Shown here: positions 20,696 to 29,715 of the stretch, piece after piece
How positions within the stretch are numbered: the first letter of the stretch is position 1
Layout: the number at the start of each line of letters is the position of its first letter
Sequence record: DRR378314_544
Length of the DNA stretch: 54,660 nt
Direction: 5' to 3' (one strand)
The notes under the pieces: generated by a model
Database searches by the model: none
Seen by the model: only the letters and a program-made list of their open reading frames with translations
What the model was told of the DNA's origin: nothing
Made by a program: the position numbers and the translations under genes

Positions 20696-20721
20696 AAAAA
20701 AAGGGCCGGAAAACCGGCCCT
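20696..20721 (-). terminator. Intrinsic terminator (minus strand)
   Basis: Minus strand AGGGCCGG-TTTT-CCGGCCC followed by T7. Confidence 0.85.
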
Positions 20722-20827
20722 CAAATGACGAATGAAACAAGGAAAGTTCGTAAGAACTACAACCTCAAAAGTCATCCCTTACACTTGCAGTATCGCCTGG
20801 GATGACCTTTGCTTCAGTTTAGGTTGT
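20696..20827 (-). ncRNA. Candidate small RNA or structured 3' UTR downstream of the sensor kinase
   Basis: About 160 nt without a credible ORF before a strong terminator, a U-rich segment next to it, and an extended stem (GTCATCCC/GGGATGAC, ACAACCT/AGGTTGT). No family recognised. Confidence 0.35.
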
Positions 20828-20880
20828 GTTGCGTGTTTGTTACATCAGGTTAGGGTCCGAGAGGCACGTCACAAAACCAT

Positions 20881-22455
20881 TCAGAGGGTATGCTCCACGG
20901 GCTTCTTGCGAGGCCAGACCAGACTGAACCGGGCCCCGCCCAATTCGTCACTGCGGCTGACAAATGCCTGCCCGCCATGCCAGTAGAGAATCCGCCTGAC
21001 AATAGAGAGGCCAAGACCATAACCGCCCGATGTCCGGGTGCGACTGTCATCAAGGCGAGCGAACGCGGTGAATACCTTTTCCCAATCCTCTTCGGGGATA
21101 CCGGGGCCATCGTCTTCCACATCGATGCGGCAATTGTCCTCATCAAACTGGCAATGAACACGGACACGGCCCGCTGCGTAACGGGTGGCATTCCCCACCA
21201 GGTTCTGGACCGCCCGGTGCAGGTATCGCGGTTCGACATCCGACAACGACCAGCGCTCGGACTCTTCATCAATCTCGGCTTCGATGATGTGTTCCGCACG
21301 AATCATCTGCTGCTCGCTCACCACCTGGCGGACAATGTCACTTACCGAACGTTCCTGCAGCGCAAAAACCGGCCCACCCTGCTCCAGACGCGCATAGGTC
21401 AGGATCTCGTCGATCAGCTCGTCCAATTCCTGAATGTCGCCGTCAATACCATCAAGCTGTTTATGGAGCGCCTCTGGAGAGTTGGCACTCTCGATCATCT
21501 GAACACCAAAGCGAATGCGGGCCACCGGCGTTCTCAGTTCGTGGGAAACCGCGTGGATCATCTCCCGCTGAACCCCCACCAGGCGCTGTATGTGCTCCGC
21601 CATGCTGTTGAAGGCGGCCGCCAGCCTGGACACAAGGCGACTGTCGCCAGCATCCACCCGAGCTCCCATCTCACCCCTGGCAATGCGGATTGCTACCGAT
21701 TCCACGGCCCGGAGGTTGCTGTCCACATCCTTTAACGCCAGATACAGGGCCAATGCCAGCACGCCCCCCGCCACGAAAAGCAACAGCAGGATAACCGGCC
21801 AGGCCCAGGGGCTGAACGGCGCAGGCATTGCCATGTCGACAAGAGTGCCGTCTTCCAGACGGATCAACACTTGGGCGCGCCCCCGCGAGGGATGGTGGTA
21901 CAGCGAAATTCCCCTCTCGGAGACCCGCTCCAGAACCTCGGAGTCCGGAAGCTCTGCCTGATCCCGAACCGGCATCAATTCGACCCCGAGCGTATCGGAC
22001 AACTGCGACATGGCACCTTCCCGCCCGTCCGAGGAAAATTCGTCCAGGTGAAGGCGTGCGATGAGGGCTGTCGCTTCGGCAACGTCGCTGTAGATGTCGC
22101 GGAATCGCAGATCGATGATGCCGCCACTATCGCCTTGCACCATCACCTGCTGACCGATGCTGGTATCCAGAGCCACCACTTGGCCATAGGAAAGGCGCTC
22201 CATGACAACGTCCGTCACCGACAGATTACCGGGAGGTGTCACGCGAAAATCGTAGAATGACTCAAGCCAGGGGTACTGCTGTTGTGGATAGGGGGTCGCG
22301 ACAAGCCAGCGCAACAGCGGCTCTGAAAACCGCTCCTGCCAGAATTGCTCCCTGACGGAATTCACACCCAGGAACAAGGCTGCACAGAACAGGAGGATCA
22401 GAAAGGTCAGGCCAATCAGCCGGGCATAGAGCTTTAGAAAAAACTTGAGGGGCAT
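20881..22455 (-). CDS. HAMP sensor histidine kinase (RstB/BfmS-like)
   Basis: Two TM helices, HAMP, H-box SHELRTP, NLVGNA, DDGPG, GGYGLGL. Start at ATG 22455 or TTG 22476 is uncertain. Confidence 0.9.
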   Translation of the reverse strand: MPLKFFLKLYARLIGLTFLILLFCAALFLGVNSVREQFWQERFSEPLLRWLVATPYPQQQYPWLESFYDFRVTPPGNLSVTDVVMERLSYGQVVALDTSIGQQVMVQGDSGGIIDLRFRDIYSDVAEATALIARLHLDEFSSDGREGAMSQLSDTLGVELMPVRDQAELPDSEVLERVSERGISLYHHPSRGRAQVLIRLEDGTLVDMAMPAPFSPWAWPVILLLLFVAGGVLALALYLALKDVDSNLRAVESVAIRIARGEMGARVDAGDSRLVSRLAAAFNSMAEHIQRLVGVQREMIHAVSHELRTPVARIRFGVQMIESANSPEALHKQLDGIDGDIQELDELIDEILTYARLEQGGPVFALQERSVSDIVRQVVSEQQMIRAEHIIEAEIDEESERWSLSDVEPRYLHRAVQNLVGNATRYAAGRVRVHCQFDEDNCRIDVEDDGPGIPEEDWEKVFTAFARLDDSRTRTSGGYGLGLSIVRRILYWHGGQAFVSRSDELGGARFSLVWPRKKPVEHTL

Positions 22456-22513
22456 TGGGTTAACCCTGGCAATCAACGCCGGCCCTGCCGGGCCAGCGCC
22501 AGAGACTGAACAG

Positions 22514-23251
22514 TCAGGCTTCCTTTACAAAGAGGTAGCCTTTGCTGCGTACGGTTTTAATGCGCCTCGGGTGGATGGGATCGTCGCCAATCTTGGGACG
22601 TATCCTGGAAACCCGGACATCGATCGAACGGTCCTGGCCGTCGTATTCGATGCCTCGCAGGGCGGTAAAGATTTCCTCCCGGCTGAGCACGCGGCCAGCG
22701 TTGCTTGCGAGCAACCAGAGCAGATCGAATTCGGCGCTGGTGAGGTCGATGCTTTCATCGCTCAACCACGCTTCTCGCATGGAGCGATCCACCACCAGGT
22801 TGTTGAACTGCAACCGGACCGGCTCTTCGCCGCTGCCCTCTTCCGCAGCCACCGTGCCATTCTCGGTGACCCGTCGCAGCAGGGCACGAATTCGCGCCAA
22901 CAAAACCCTTGGCTGAACCGGCTTGCCGATGTAATCGTCAGCGCCCATTTCCAGGCCAAGCACCTGGTCCAGGTCGTCCGTGCGGGCGGTAAGCATGATG
23001 ATCGGGCCCGGATAAAAAGGCCGTGCACGCCTGCAGATGGACAGCCCGTCTTCACCGGGCAACATGAGGTCAAGCACGACCAGATCAGGCTGCTCCTTGC
23101 GGATGCGCTCCACTGCCTGGCCACCATGGGTTTCAAGGGTGACGGTCAGACCATTGCTCTCCAGGTATTCCCTGGTCAGCTCCGCCAGCCTCTCATCATC
23201 TTCGACTATAAGAATCCGCCAACTTTCGTTCGTCTGTTCCACGCCATCCAT
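22514..23251 (-). CDS. OmpR-family response regulator (RstA/BfmR-like)
   Basis: VEDD, LDLMLPG, GADDY.KP, winged helix DRSIDVRVSRIR..IKTVRSKGY. Confidence 0.92.
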   Translation of the reverse strand: MDGVEQTNESWRILIVEDDERLAELTREYLESNGLTVTLETHGGQAVERIRKEQPDLVVLDLMLPGEDGLSICRRARPFYPGPIIMLTARTDDLDQVLGLEMGADDYIGKPVQPRVLLARIRALLRRVTENGTVAAEEGSGEEPVRLQFNNLVVDRSMREAWLSDESIDLTSAEFDLLWLLASNAGRVLSREEIFTALRGIEYDGQDRSIDVRVSRIRPKIGDDPIHPRRIKTVRSKGYLFVKEA

Positions 23252-23465
23252 CTCTGATTTTGTTTTTCCGGTTTCTGAAGCTCCCAGCCACGTTCACCCC
23301 ACACGGCCGGAGAAGAGTTGCCTGTCCGAAGATCAGCCACGTAACTGACAATACAGACTACCTCCTGTAACAGCAATTATACATGCTATTCAGAAATATA
23401 CATGGAACCGCCTGTTCGTTACAGCCTGTGACAAACGTCATGTTGCCGCACCAGCGCCCGAAGCG

Positions 23466-23527
23466 CTGTCACGAAGTCGTCATCCCTCGTTCATTCCGAT
23501 GTCACACCGGATTCATAGCCTTGTCGA
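23466..23527 (+). promoter_or_regulatory. Tandem Pho-box array (PhoB half-sites at 11-bp period) upstream of olsB
   Basis: CTGTCAC-gaag-TCGTCAT-ccct-CGTTCAT-tccg-ATGTCAC-accg-GATTCAT-agcc-TTGTCGA, compared with the consensus CTGTCAT-N4 repeat. Confidence 0.75.
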
Positions 23528-23552
23528 AAAGTGGAAACAAAGAGGCATTGCC

Positions 23553-24317
23553 ATGAACGCCCAGAATGCTCGTCTGTCACGCTCGGCCCGAAGACTCAAA
23601 ACCGTCATCACTCAACAGCCGGACCTCGTTGAATCGGCCCAGAGACTGCGTTACCAGGTTTTTTCGGAAGAGTATGGTTCTGACCTTGGCGCAGCCATTC
23701 CCGGTATCGATGCGGACGAATTCGATCAGTTCTGCGACCACCTGATCGTCACCGACGAGAACACAGGAGAACTCGTGGCCACAACGCGGGTACTGCACCA
23801 CAGCCAGGCGATGAAAGCCGGTGGCTTCTATTCCGAAGGTGAGTTCGAGCTCTCATCCCTCTACCAACTCCCCGGCACCGTCGCCGAGCTCGGGAGAACC
23901 TGCGTGCACCCGGATTATCGCAACGGCGCCACCATAAGCCTGTTGTGGGCTTCCGTTGCAGAGTACCTGGTATCACGGAACGTGGATTACCTGATCGGCT
24001 GCGCCAGTATCGGCATGTCGGATGGCGGACTCAAGGCCTGGCGTATAGCACGCTACCTGCAGCGGGAGTTCCTGGCCGGTGAGGAATACCGGGTAACGCC
24101 GTTACGGGCTCTGCCTCACCTGACCCACACGGTCAGCGAAGATCGCCCGGTGGACGTTCCCGCCCTGATCAAGGCCTATATGCGCCTTGGCGCCCGTGTG
24201 TGCGGTGAGCCCTGCTGGGATCCGGAATTCCGCTGCGCGGATCTGCTGGTGGTTCTGGATGTTAATAATCTGGCCAGCCGCTACAGCCGGCACTTCATGC
24301 GCAAGCAGGCTCAGTAA
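23553..24317 (+). CDS. olsB: GNAT N-acyltransferase, ornithine lipid synthesis (OlsB-like)
   Basis: AQRLRYQVF, GIDADEFD..CDHL, ELGRTCVHPDYR, LIKAYMRLGA..CGEP.WDPEF. Start set at ATG 23553 after AGAGG, because the ORF-track ATG lies inside the Pho array. Confidence 0.85.
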   Translation: MNAQNARLSRSARRLKTVITQQPDLVESAQRLRYQVFSEEYGSDLGAAIPGIDADEFDQFCDHLIVTDENTGELVATTRVLHHSQAMKAGGFYSEGEFELSSLYQLPGTVAELGRTCVHPDYRNGATISLLWASVAEYLVSRNVDYLIGCASIGMSDGGLKAWRIARYLQREFLAGEEYRVTPLRALPHLTHTVSEDRPVDVPALIKAYMRLGARVCGEPCWDPEFRCADLLVVLDVNNLASRYSRHFMRKQAQ

Positions 24318-24353
24318 ACAAGCGACACCCACCTGGCACCCAGAGGACTGGCC

Positions 24354-25160
24354 ATGGAACTGATACGCCTGACCACAAGACTGACCCTCTTCGCCGGTTT
24401 TCTGTGCCTGACGGCGACCCTCGCTGGCACACTGCTGCTGGCAGAGGCGCTGCTCCGACGCCGAATCAATCGCGCCCCTTTTGCCCGCCTCTGTTTCAAC
24501 GGCGCCAGCCGCTGCCTGGGCTTCGATATAGCCACCCGGGGCAGTTTCAGCGACCGGCCCGTACTCTTTGTCAGCAATCATATCTCCTGGTCGGACATAC
24601 CCGTGCTCGGCGGACAAATACCCCTGCGCTTCCTGTCAAAGGCGGAAGTGGGCCGCTGGCCGGTGATCGGGTGGCTGGCCACGCAGGCGGGCACACTGTT
24701 TATTCAGCGCGGCAGCGGCATGGCCGGCCAGGCCCGCCACGAAATCGCCAACACCCTGCTAAGCGGACAGTCGGTGCTGGTGTTTCCCGAGGGCACCACC
24801 ACGGCGGGCGTGACGGTACTGCCCTTTCACAGCCGCCTGCTCCACGCCGCCGTGGACGCGGGCGTGGACATACAGCCCCTCAGCATTGGTTACCTGAGGA
24901 ATGGCCACCCGGACCACCTGGCGCCGTTTATTGGCGACGACGAGTTTCAGCATCATATGATTCGCATGCTCCGCCAGCCCGCGGTGGAGGTCGGCGTCAT
25001 CGCCCATCCGGTGGTGACCGTCAGTAGCAACATGGACCTGGCTGAGGTAACGCGGGATCTGCGACAGACGGTACAGGAGGGGTTGCGGCAAATTCAGACG
25101 GGGCGCCTGTCAGCGGAGGCAACAGGCGGGCCGACCGTGGTCGCCGGCCCGAAGATGTAA
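24354..25160 (+). CDS. olsA: Lyso-ornithine lipid O-acyltransferase (PlsC family, OlsA-like)
   Basis: NHISWSD (HX4D) and VFPEGT motifs; directly follows olsB. Confidence 0.82.
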   Translation: MELIRLTTRLTLFAGFLCLTATLAGTLLLAEALLRRRINRAPFARLCFNGASRCLGFDIATRGSFSDRPVLFVSNHISWSDIPVLGGQIPLRFLSKAEVGRWPVIGWLATQAGTLFIQRGSGMAGQARHEIANTLLSGQSVLVFPEGTTTAGVTVLPFHSRLLHAAVDAGVDIQPLSIGYLRNGHPDHLAPFIGDDEFQHHMIRMLRQPAVEVGVIAHPVVTVSSNMDLAEVTRDLRQTVQEGLRQIQTGRLSAEATGGPTVVAGPKM

Positions 25161-25161
25161 T

Positions 25162-25620
25162 TCAGCTCAGCGGATGACCCGCGTTGATTTCCTCTTCCGT
25201 GGCTTCGCGCTTGCCGATAATTTCCAGATCAAAGTACAGGGTAAAGCCTGCCAGCGGGTGATTGGCATCGATCCTCACCAGGTTGCCGTCAATGCTCACC
25301 ACCTGGACCACCTGGGCCGTATCACCGGTATTGGTCTGGAACTTCATCCCCACCTGCAGGTTTTCCACGCCCTCGAACATGGAACGGGGCACTTTGCGGA
25401 TCAGCTCCGGGTTGTGCTCGCCGTAGGCCATGGCCGGCGGAACAGTCACTTCCAGGCAATCGCCCACATTACGGTCTTTCACCGCTTGCTGGATGCCTTC
25501 TATGATTTCCGGGCTGCCCTCCAGAAAGTGCAGCGGCTCACTGCCCTCGGACGTGTCAACCAGCTCGCCGAGCTTGTTCTTGAGGACATAATGGACGGTC
25601 AATACAGCAGGTTTTTGCAT
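25162..25620 (-). CDS. FKBP-type peptidyl-prolyl isomerase, SlyD-like, without His-rich tail
   Basis: DTSEG.EPL, AYGE, IF insert domain, DANHPLAG.TL.F, REAT.EEI. Confidence 0.9.
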   Translation of the reverse strand: MQKPAVLTVHYVLKNKLGELVDTSEGSEPLHFLEGSPEIIEGIQQAVKDRNVGDCLEVTVPPAMAYGEHNPELIRKVPRSMFEGVENLQVGMKFQTNTGDTAQVVQVVSIDGNLVRIDANHPLAGFTLYFDLEIIGKREATEEEINAGHPLS

Positions 25621-27842
25621 CAGGCGTTCGTGTTTCCTGTATTCGGGGGTGTATCAGTCAGATTCAGGCCATGGATAACCAGGCGCCGGTCCAGTCTCGC
25701 CTTTAGTCCCCTGGGCTTATCCAGGCTCATGCGCTCCAGAAACTGCTGGTAGCGATCCTCTTCATCGTTTGCCTTGGCGGCATGCCATAAGGTCGACAGT
25801 TTACCACGTCGGGTAGCCGTTGCGGTCTTCAGGGTTCGCAATGCCTTCCCCAGCCGGAGTTCCTCATCGGTAAAATCACGCCCGAACGGGAATGCAGGAA
25901 ACATCTCCGTGTCACCGACAACCTGCATGGCCTCCTTGATCGCCTCTGGCGTGTTGTTGCACCAATGCTCAGGCAGACGGAACGCAGCATCCACTTTTCC
26001 GGCCTTCTGGGCCTGCTTCAGCAATTCGGGCTGAAAACGTGAGTCAGCGATGCGGATCAGTTGCCGATAAACCTGCTCGTCGGACTGACCACGCAGGTCT
26101 GCAATACCGTACTCGGTGATGACGATGTCACGCAGGTGGCGGGGAATCGTGCAGTGCCCATAGCTGAACACAATATTGGAGAGCGTTTTATCGCCGGACG
26201 TGCGGGTGCTACGCAGGGTCAGGATGGACCGGGCGCCAGGCAGCTCATGGGCCATGGCCACAAAATTGTACTGACCACCAACACCGCTGACCACTCGCCC
26301 GTCTTCCAGCCCGTCCGACACTGCCGCGCCATTAAGGGTGTGCATCATTGCCGAGTTGATGAAACGGCCATGCACCCGTTGCGCAGCTTTCAGACGCTGG
26401 TTCCCAAAGGCGTGATCGTACAGGTGGTTGATATAGTTAACACTGGTCATGCAGATGCGTTGGCGATCCTGCGGTGACAGGTCCCGTAGCCGCTGATAGA
26501 ACGCTTCCGGGCCCACGAAGAAGCCACCATGCACCACGACTCCGCCTGTCAGCTCTTCTCCCAGGGCCAGCGACTCAATCGCCGCCCTCGCCTCATCGCT
26601 GTCCAGATCCGGGTCCAGGGATTGATCGCCGACGCACAAACGCCCGCCCTTGAACTCAACCTCCGCACGCAATATGCCATAGCGGCAGAGCCACTGTACG
26701 TCCCTCGCCCGTAGCGGTGAATCGATCAACTGCTCCCGCCGCAGGACGTCCAGAGTGTCCAGGGACACTCTTTGATGAAGCTCACCCTCGTTGATCAGCG
26801 TTTGCAACCCGGCGTGATCGTAAACTTCACGCTTGAGAACGCCCGCGTCCATCAGATGCATGAAACCATCCACCATCATTTCACTGCAGCCGTAGAGGCC
26901 CTTATCGAAGATGTCAGTGCCACCAAACTCCGAGACAACCGGAAAACGGTCCGCCACCTGCAGGTGATCGAATACGTTCTTCCATTGCCGGTTGTGTCGG
27001 TGCCTCAGGATGGCACTGTGGACCAGTGCCGCGCCCAGCGAACCGATGCCTACCTGCAAGGTCCCTCCGTCGCGGAGCAACGTACTGGCGTAGAATCCGA
27101 TGAGATGATCCTCTGGACTGACCGCCATCTGGGGTGCCGAGAACAGGGGGTAGTCGGAGGCGGCGTGCTCCAGGATGACATCAAACCGGCCTCTCTCGAC
27201 GGCGGCATCATTGCCCAGGAATGGCAGGTGGGTGTTCGTCTCCGCCACCAGCGCCACCGGTGTTCCGGCGTCTTCCCGTGCTCGCAGCAGGGGCAGCAGA
27301 TCCAGGCTCAGATCCGGGTTACAGCTCAGGCTGACGTAACCTTCCTGATCCGGTTCGGTCGCCGGAGCCACCATCTGGCCGACGACATTCACACCCAGCG
27401 CTAGCAGGTCACGGACCGCATGGGTGTAATTGGTGCAGACATAGTTACGTTGCTGGTCCGTATTGTTCAGAAACGAACCGGCTTTGAAGAAGAATTCGGA
27501 CACCCGCACGTTGTCAGGCAACTTGCGACGGATCACGTCCTGCGCATAGGCCAGCTCTGGGATCCGTCCATACAGGCGCTCCACGAACGGGCCCATGAAC
27601 CGCTTTTCAAGCGACGAGCCGCCGCCAGGCGCGGTCAGCGATAGCGCTGTGACAATGTGAAGCTCTATGGAAGGATCGTCCTTGGCTCGCTGGTAGAGCG
27701 CGTTTGCAAAACGGATTGGTTTGCCGAGCCCCAGGGGTAGCCCCAACGTGATGCGTTTGCCCACCCGGCGGATCAGTTCGTCCACACAGGCGTTGCTGTC
27801 CGTTAGCGTTACGGGGTGTTGCTCCTCTACTATCGCGGCCAT
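25620..27842 (-). CDS. Acetyl-CoA hydrolase/transferase-related large protein
   Basis: GLPLGLGKP, LQVGIG, SEM, VSGVGGQYNFV, DIVITEYGIADLRG. Start set to ATG 27842 (RBS AGAGGGAG); 740 aa. Confidence 0.82.
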   Translation of the reverse strand: MAAIVEEQHPVTLTDSNACVDELIRRVGKRITLGLPLGLGKPIRFANALYQRAKDDPSIELHIVTALSLTAPGGGSSLEKRFMGPFVERLYGRIPELAYAQDVIRRKLPDNVRVSEFFFKAGSFLNNTDQQRNYVCTNYTHAVRDLLALGVNVVGQMVAPATEPDQEGYVSLSCNPDLSLDLLPLLRAREDAGTPVALVAETNTHLPFLGNDAAVERGRFDVILEHAASDYPLFSAPQMAVSPEDHLIGFYASTLLRDGGTLQVGIGSLGAALVHSAILRHRHNRQWKNVFDHLQVADRFPVVSEFGGTDIFDKGLYGCSEMMVDGFMHLMDAGVLKREVYDHAGLQTLINEGELHQRVSLDTLDVLRREQLIDSPLRARDVQWLCRYGILRAEVEFKGGRLCVGDQSLDPDLDSDEARAAIESLALGEELTGGVVVHGGFFVGPEAFYQRLRDLSPQDRQRICMTSVNYINHLYDHAFGNQRLKAAQRVHGRFINSAMMHTLNGAAVSDGLEDGRVVSGVGGQYNFVAMAHELPGARSILTLRSTRTSGDKTLSNIVFSYGHCTIPRHLRDIVITEYGIADLRGQSDEQVYRQLIRIADSRFQPELLKQAQKAGKVDAAFRLPEHWCNNTPEAIKEAMQVVGDTEMFPAFPFGRDFTDEELRLGKALRTLKTATATRRGKLSTLWHAAKANDEEDRYQQFLERMSLDKPRGLKARLDRRLVIHGLNLTDTPPNTGNTNA

Positions 27843-27993
27843 AGCAGTACTCCCTCTGTTACCGTCAGAATGCTTCCCGATACGGATAATCACATGTGCC
27901 ATTGTTACAGGCAATGCGCAGGGTTAGATAAACGGCGGAGCGAGGGTGTGACGGGTCGAAAGGATTCGGGAAACCAGAAGGGCTAACGGTGGC

Positions 27994-28308
27994 TCAGAAA
28001 TTCCAACGAAGATTGAGGCAGGCCCCCTCTTCGAGCAATGCGATGCCATGATCCGGCTTGGCAGGGTCCGACGCGTAGGATTTCTTCTCCGAATCCGAAC
28101 CACTGAAGCCGAGACTGAGAAGACGGGTGCCGATGGTGGCGTACATGTCGGATTCTTCACGTTCAAAGTCGCCCGACATCTCTTCCTGGAGCTGATACAC
28201 GTTCTCGGCGGGGACTTCATCCGCAAACACACGCTCACCCGCTTCGGCGCGAACGACGAAGGCGATCATGTTGAGTGCTAGAAGTGCGACGAAGATACGG
28301 ATAATCAT
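27994..28308 (-). CDS. Small exported hypothetical protein
   Basis: 104 aa with signal peptide (MIIRIFVALLALNMIAFVVRA), acidic middle, C-terminal LNLRWNF. Fills the gap between two genes. Confidence 0.6.
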   Translation of the reverse strand: MIIRIFVALLALNMIAFVVRAEAGERVFADEVPAENVYQLQEEMSGDFEREESDMYATIGTRLLSLGFSGSDSEKKSYASDPAKPDHGIALLEEGACLNLRWNF

Positions 28309-28388
28309 GATAGTTCTGGCGACCTGTAATCGAGACGGAATTCTACTGTCGTATAAGGCTTAAGTCTAATGATTAAAGGTCAGAAAGA

Positions 28389-28404
28389 TGTGATTTTGCA
28401 CACA
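28389..28404. promoter_or_regulatory. CRP/Vfr-like site
   Basis: TGTGA-TTTTGC-ACACA, one mismatch to TGTGA-N6-TCACA. Upstream of a minus-strand TAGACT-N17-TAGAAT promoter candidate (28368-28340). Confidence 0.45.
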
Positions 28405-28561
28405 AAAGCGCCGCTTTTTTGTCATCGGATCACCATGTTTTTGTCAAAAAAGCAGCACTTTTTGTTGCACTTTGTAAGCAGCGACCTGCTCTGCCCCCCA
28501 ACGCGAACAGAGCGGTTGTGATATCGGGAGAGGCATTACGATACCGTAACCCTCTCAGGGC

Positions 28562-29599
28562 TTATGGGCAGGGGTAGGTGTACACCTGGTTAAGGTTCTC
28601 GATCGCCTCTAGCACGTCTTCGCTCAGGGAAACGGACGCCGACCCCAGGTTCTCCCGAAGTTGCTCCAGCGTTGTGGCACCGATAATGTTGCTGGTCACG
28701 AAATCGCGGCTGGTGACGTACGCCAGCGCCATCTGCACCGGCGACAGCCCATGGCTGGCCGCCAGATCGACATAGGCACGGGTTGCTTCAGCTCCGCGGC
28801 CACTGGTGTACCGGGTAAACCGCTCAAACAGGGTCATCCTCGCGCCTTCTGGACGCTTGCCATCCAGGTATTTGCCGGACAACATGCCAAACGCCAGCGG
28901 TGAGTACGCCAGCAGACCTACCTGCTCACGACAGGCGATTTCCGCCATCCCCACCTCAAAGGTCCGGTTAAGCAGGTTATAGGGATTCTGCACGCTGACA
29001 ACCCGCGGCCAGTCACGCTCCCGGGCCAGCCGAAGATACTCGCTGGTTCCCCATGGGGTTTCATTGGAGATTCCCACGTGGCGAACTTTGCCTTCCTTGA
29101 CCAGTTCCGCCAGTGTGCCCAGGGTCTCTTCGATAGGGGTAGCTTGCTCGTCCGCCCGGTGTCTGTAACCCAGCTTGCCGAAGAAATTGGCATTCCGGTC
29201 CGGCCAGTGCACCTGGTAGAGGTCGATGTAATCGGTCTTGAGCCGGCGCAGGCTGTCTTCACAGGCCTGACGGATATGGCCTTGGGTCAGTCGCGGGCCA
29301 CCTCTGAGGTAATTCAGCCCATTACCGGGACCCGCCACCTTGGAGGCAATCACCAGGTCGTCGCGCCGGCCCCTCTTCGCCAGCCAATTGCCCAGGTAGC
29401 TTTCAGTGAGCCCCTGAGTTTCCGACCGCGGCGGCACCGGGTACATTTCGGCGGCATCGATGAAGTTGATGCCCGCGGCGGTGGCCATGTCCAATTGCTC
29501 GAACGCCTGCTGCTCTGTGTTCTGCTCCCCCCAGGTCATGGTGCCCAGGCAAATCTCGCTTACATCGATGTCCGTCCTGCCGAGCTTGCGGGTTTTCAT
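28562..29599 (-). CDS. tas: NADP(H)-dependent aldo-keto reductase (Tas-like)
   Basis: LGTMTWGEQ, DAAEMYPVPP, IDLYQVHWPDR, SNETPWG, AYSPL. Start at ATG 29599 with GGAG RBS. Confidence 0.9.
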   Translation of the reverse strand: MKTRKLGRTDIDVSEICLGTMTWGEQNTEQQAFEQLDMATAAGINFIDAAEMYPVPPRSETQGLTESYLGNWLAKRGRRDDLVIASKVAGPGNGLNYLRGGPRLTQGHIRQACEDSLRRLKTDYIDLYQVHWPDRNANFFGKLGYRHRADEQATPIEETLGTLAELVKEGKVRHVGISNETPWGTSEYLRLARERDWPRVVSVQNPYNLLNRTFEVGMAEIACREQVGLLAYSPLAFGMLSGKYLDGKRPEGARMTLFERFTRYTSGRGAEATRAYVDLAASHGLSPVQMALAYVTSRDFVTSNIIGATTLEQLRENLGSASVSLSEDVLEAIENLNQVYTYPCP

Positions 29600-29637
29600 G
29601 CGTACTCCAGATTTGGTTGCTGAAAAAGGTAAAGGGA

Positions 29638-29682
29638 TTGTCACGGGACTGTCCCGGAACTGTCATGCCAGGTTTCCATAGT
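29638..29682 (+). promoter_or_regulatory. Pho-box promoter (three half-sites plus -10)
   Basis: TTGTCAC-ggga-CTGTCCC-ggaa-CTGTCAT, then 10 bp, then CATAGT. This is canonical PhoB promoter geometry. Confidence 0.8.
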
Positions 29683-29715
29683 AGAAGTATGAAAGAGGAA
29701 ACCACAGGAAACACC

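Noticed and set aside
20677-20775. 32-codon minus-strand ORF MTFEVVVLTNFPCFIRHLRAGFPALFLSPHLP
   Set aside because: It runs through the terminator hairpin and has no properly spaced RBS.
23499-23552. ORF-track start of olsB at 23499
   Set aside because: This ATG lies inside the Pho-box array and lacks an RBS, while ATG 23553 has AGAGG.
29600-29715. Apparent head-to-head overlap of tas and GT4 ORFs (starts at 29644 and 29617)
   Set aside because: Both starts are over-extended. The likely starts (29599 and 29716 or 29689) leave an intergenic promoter region.
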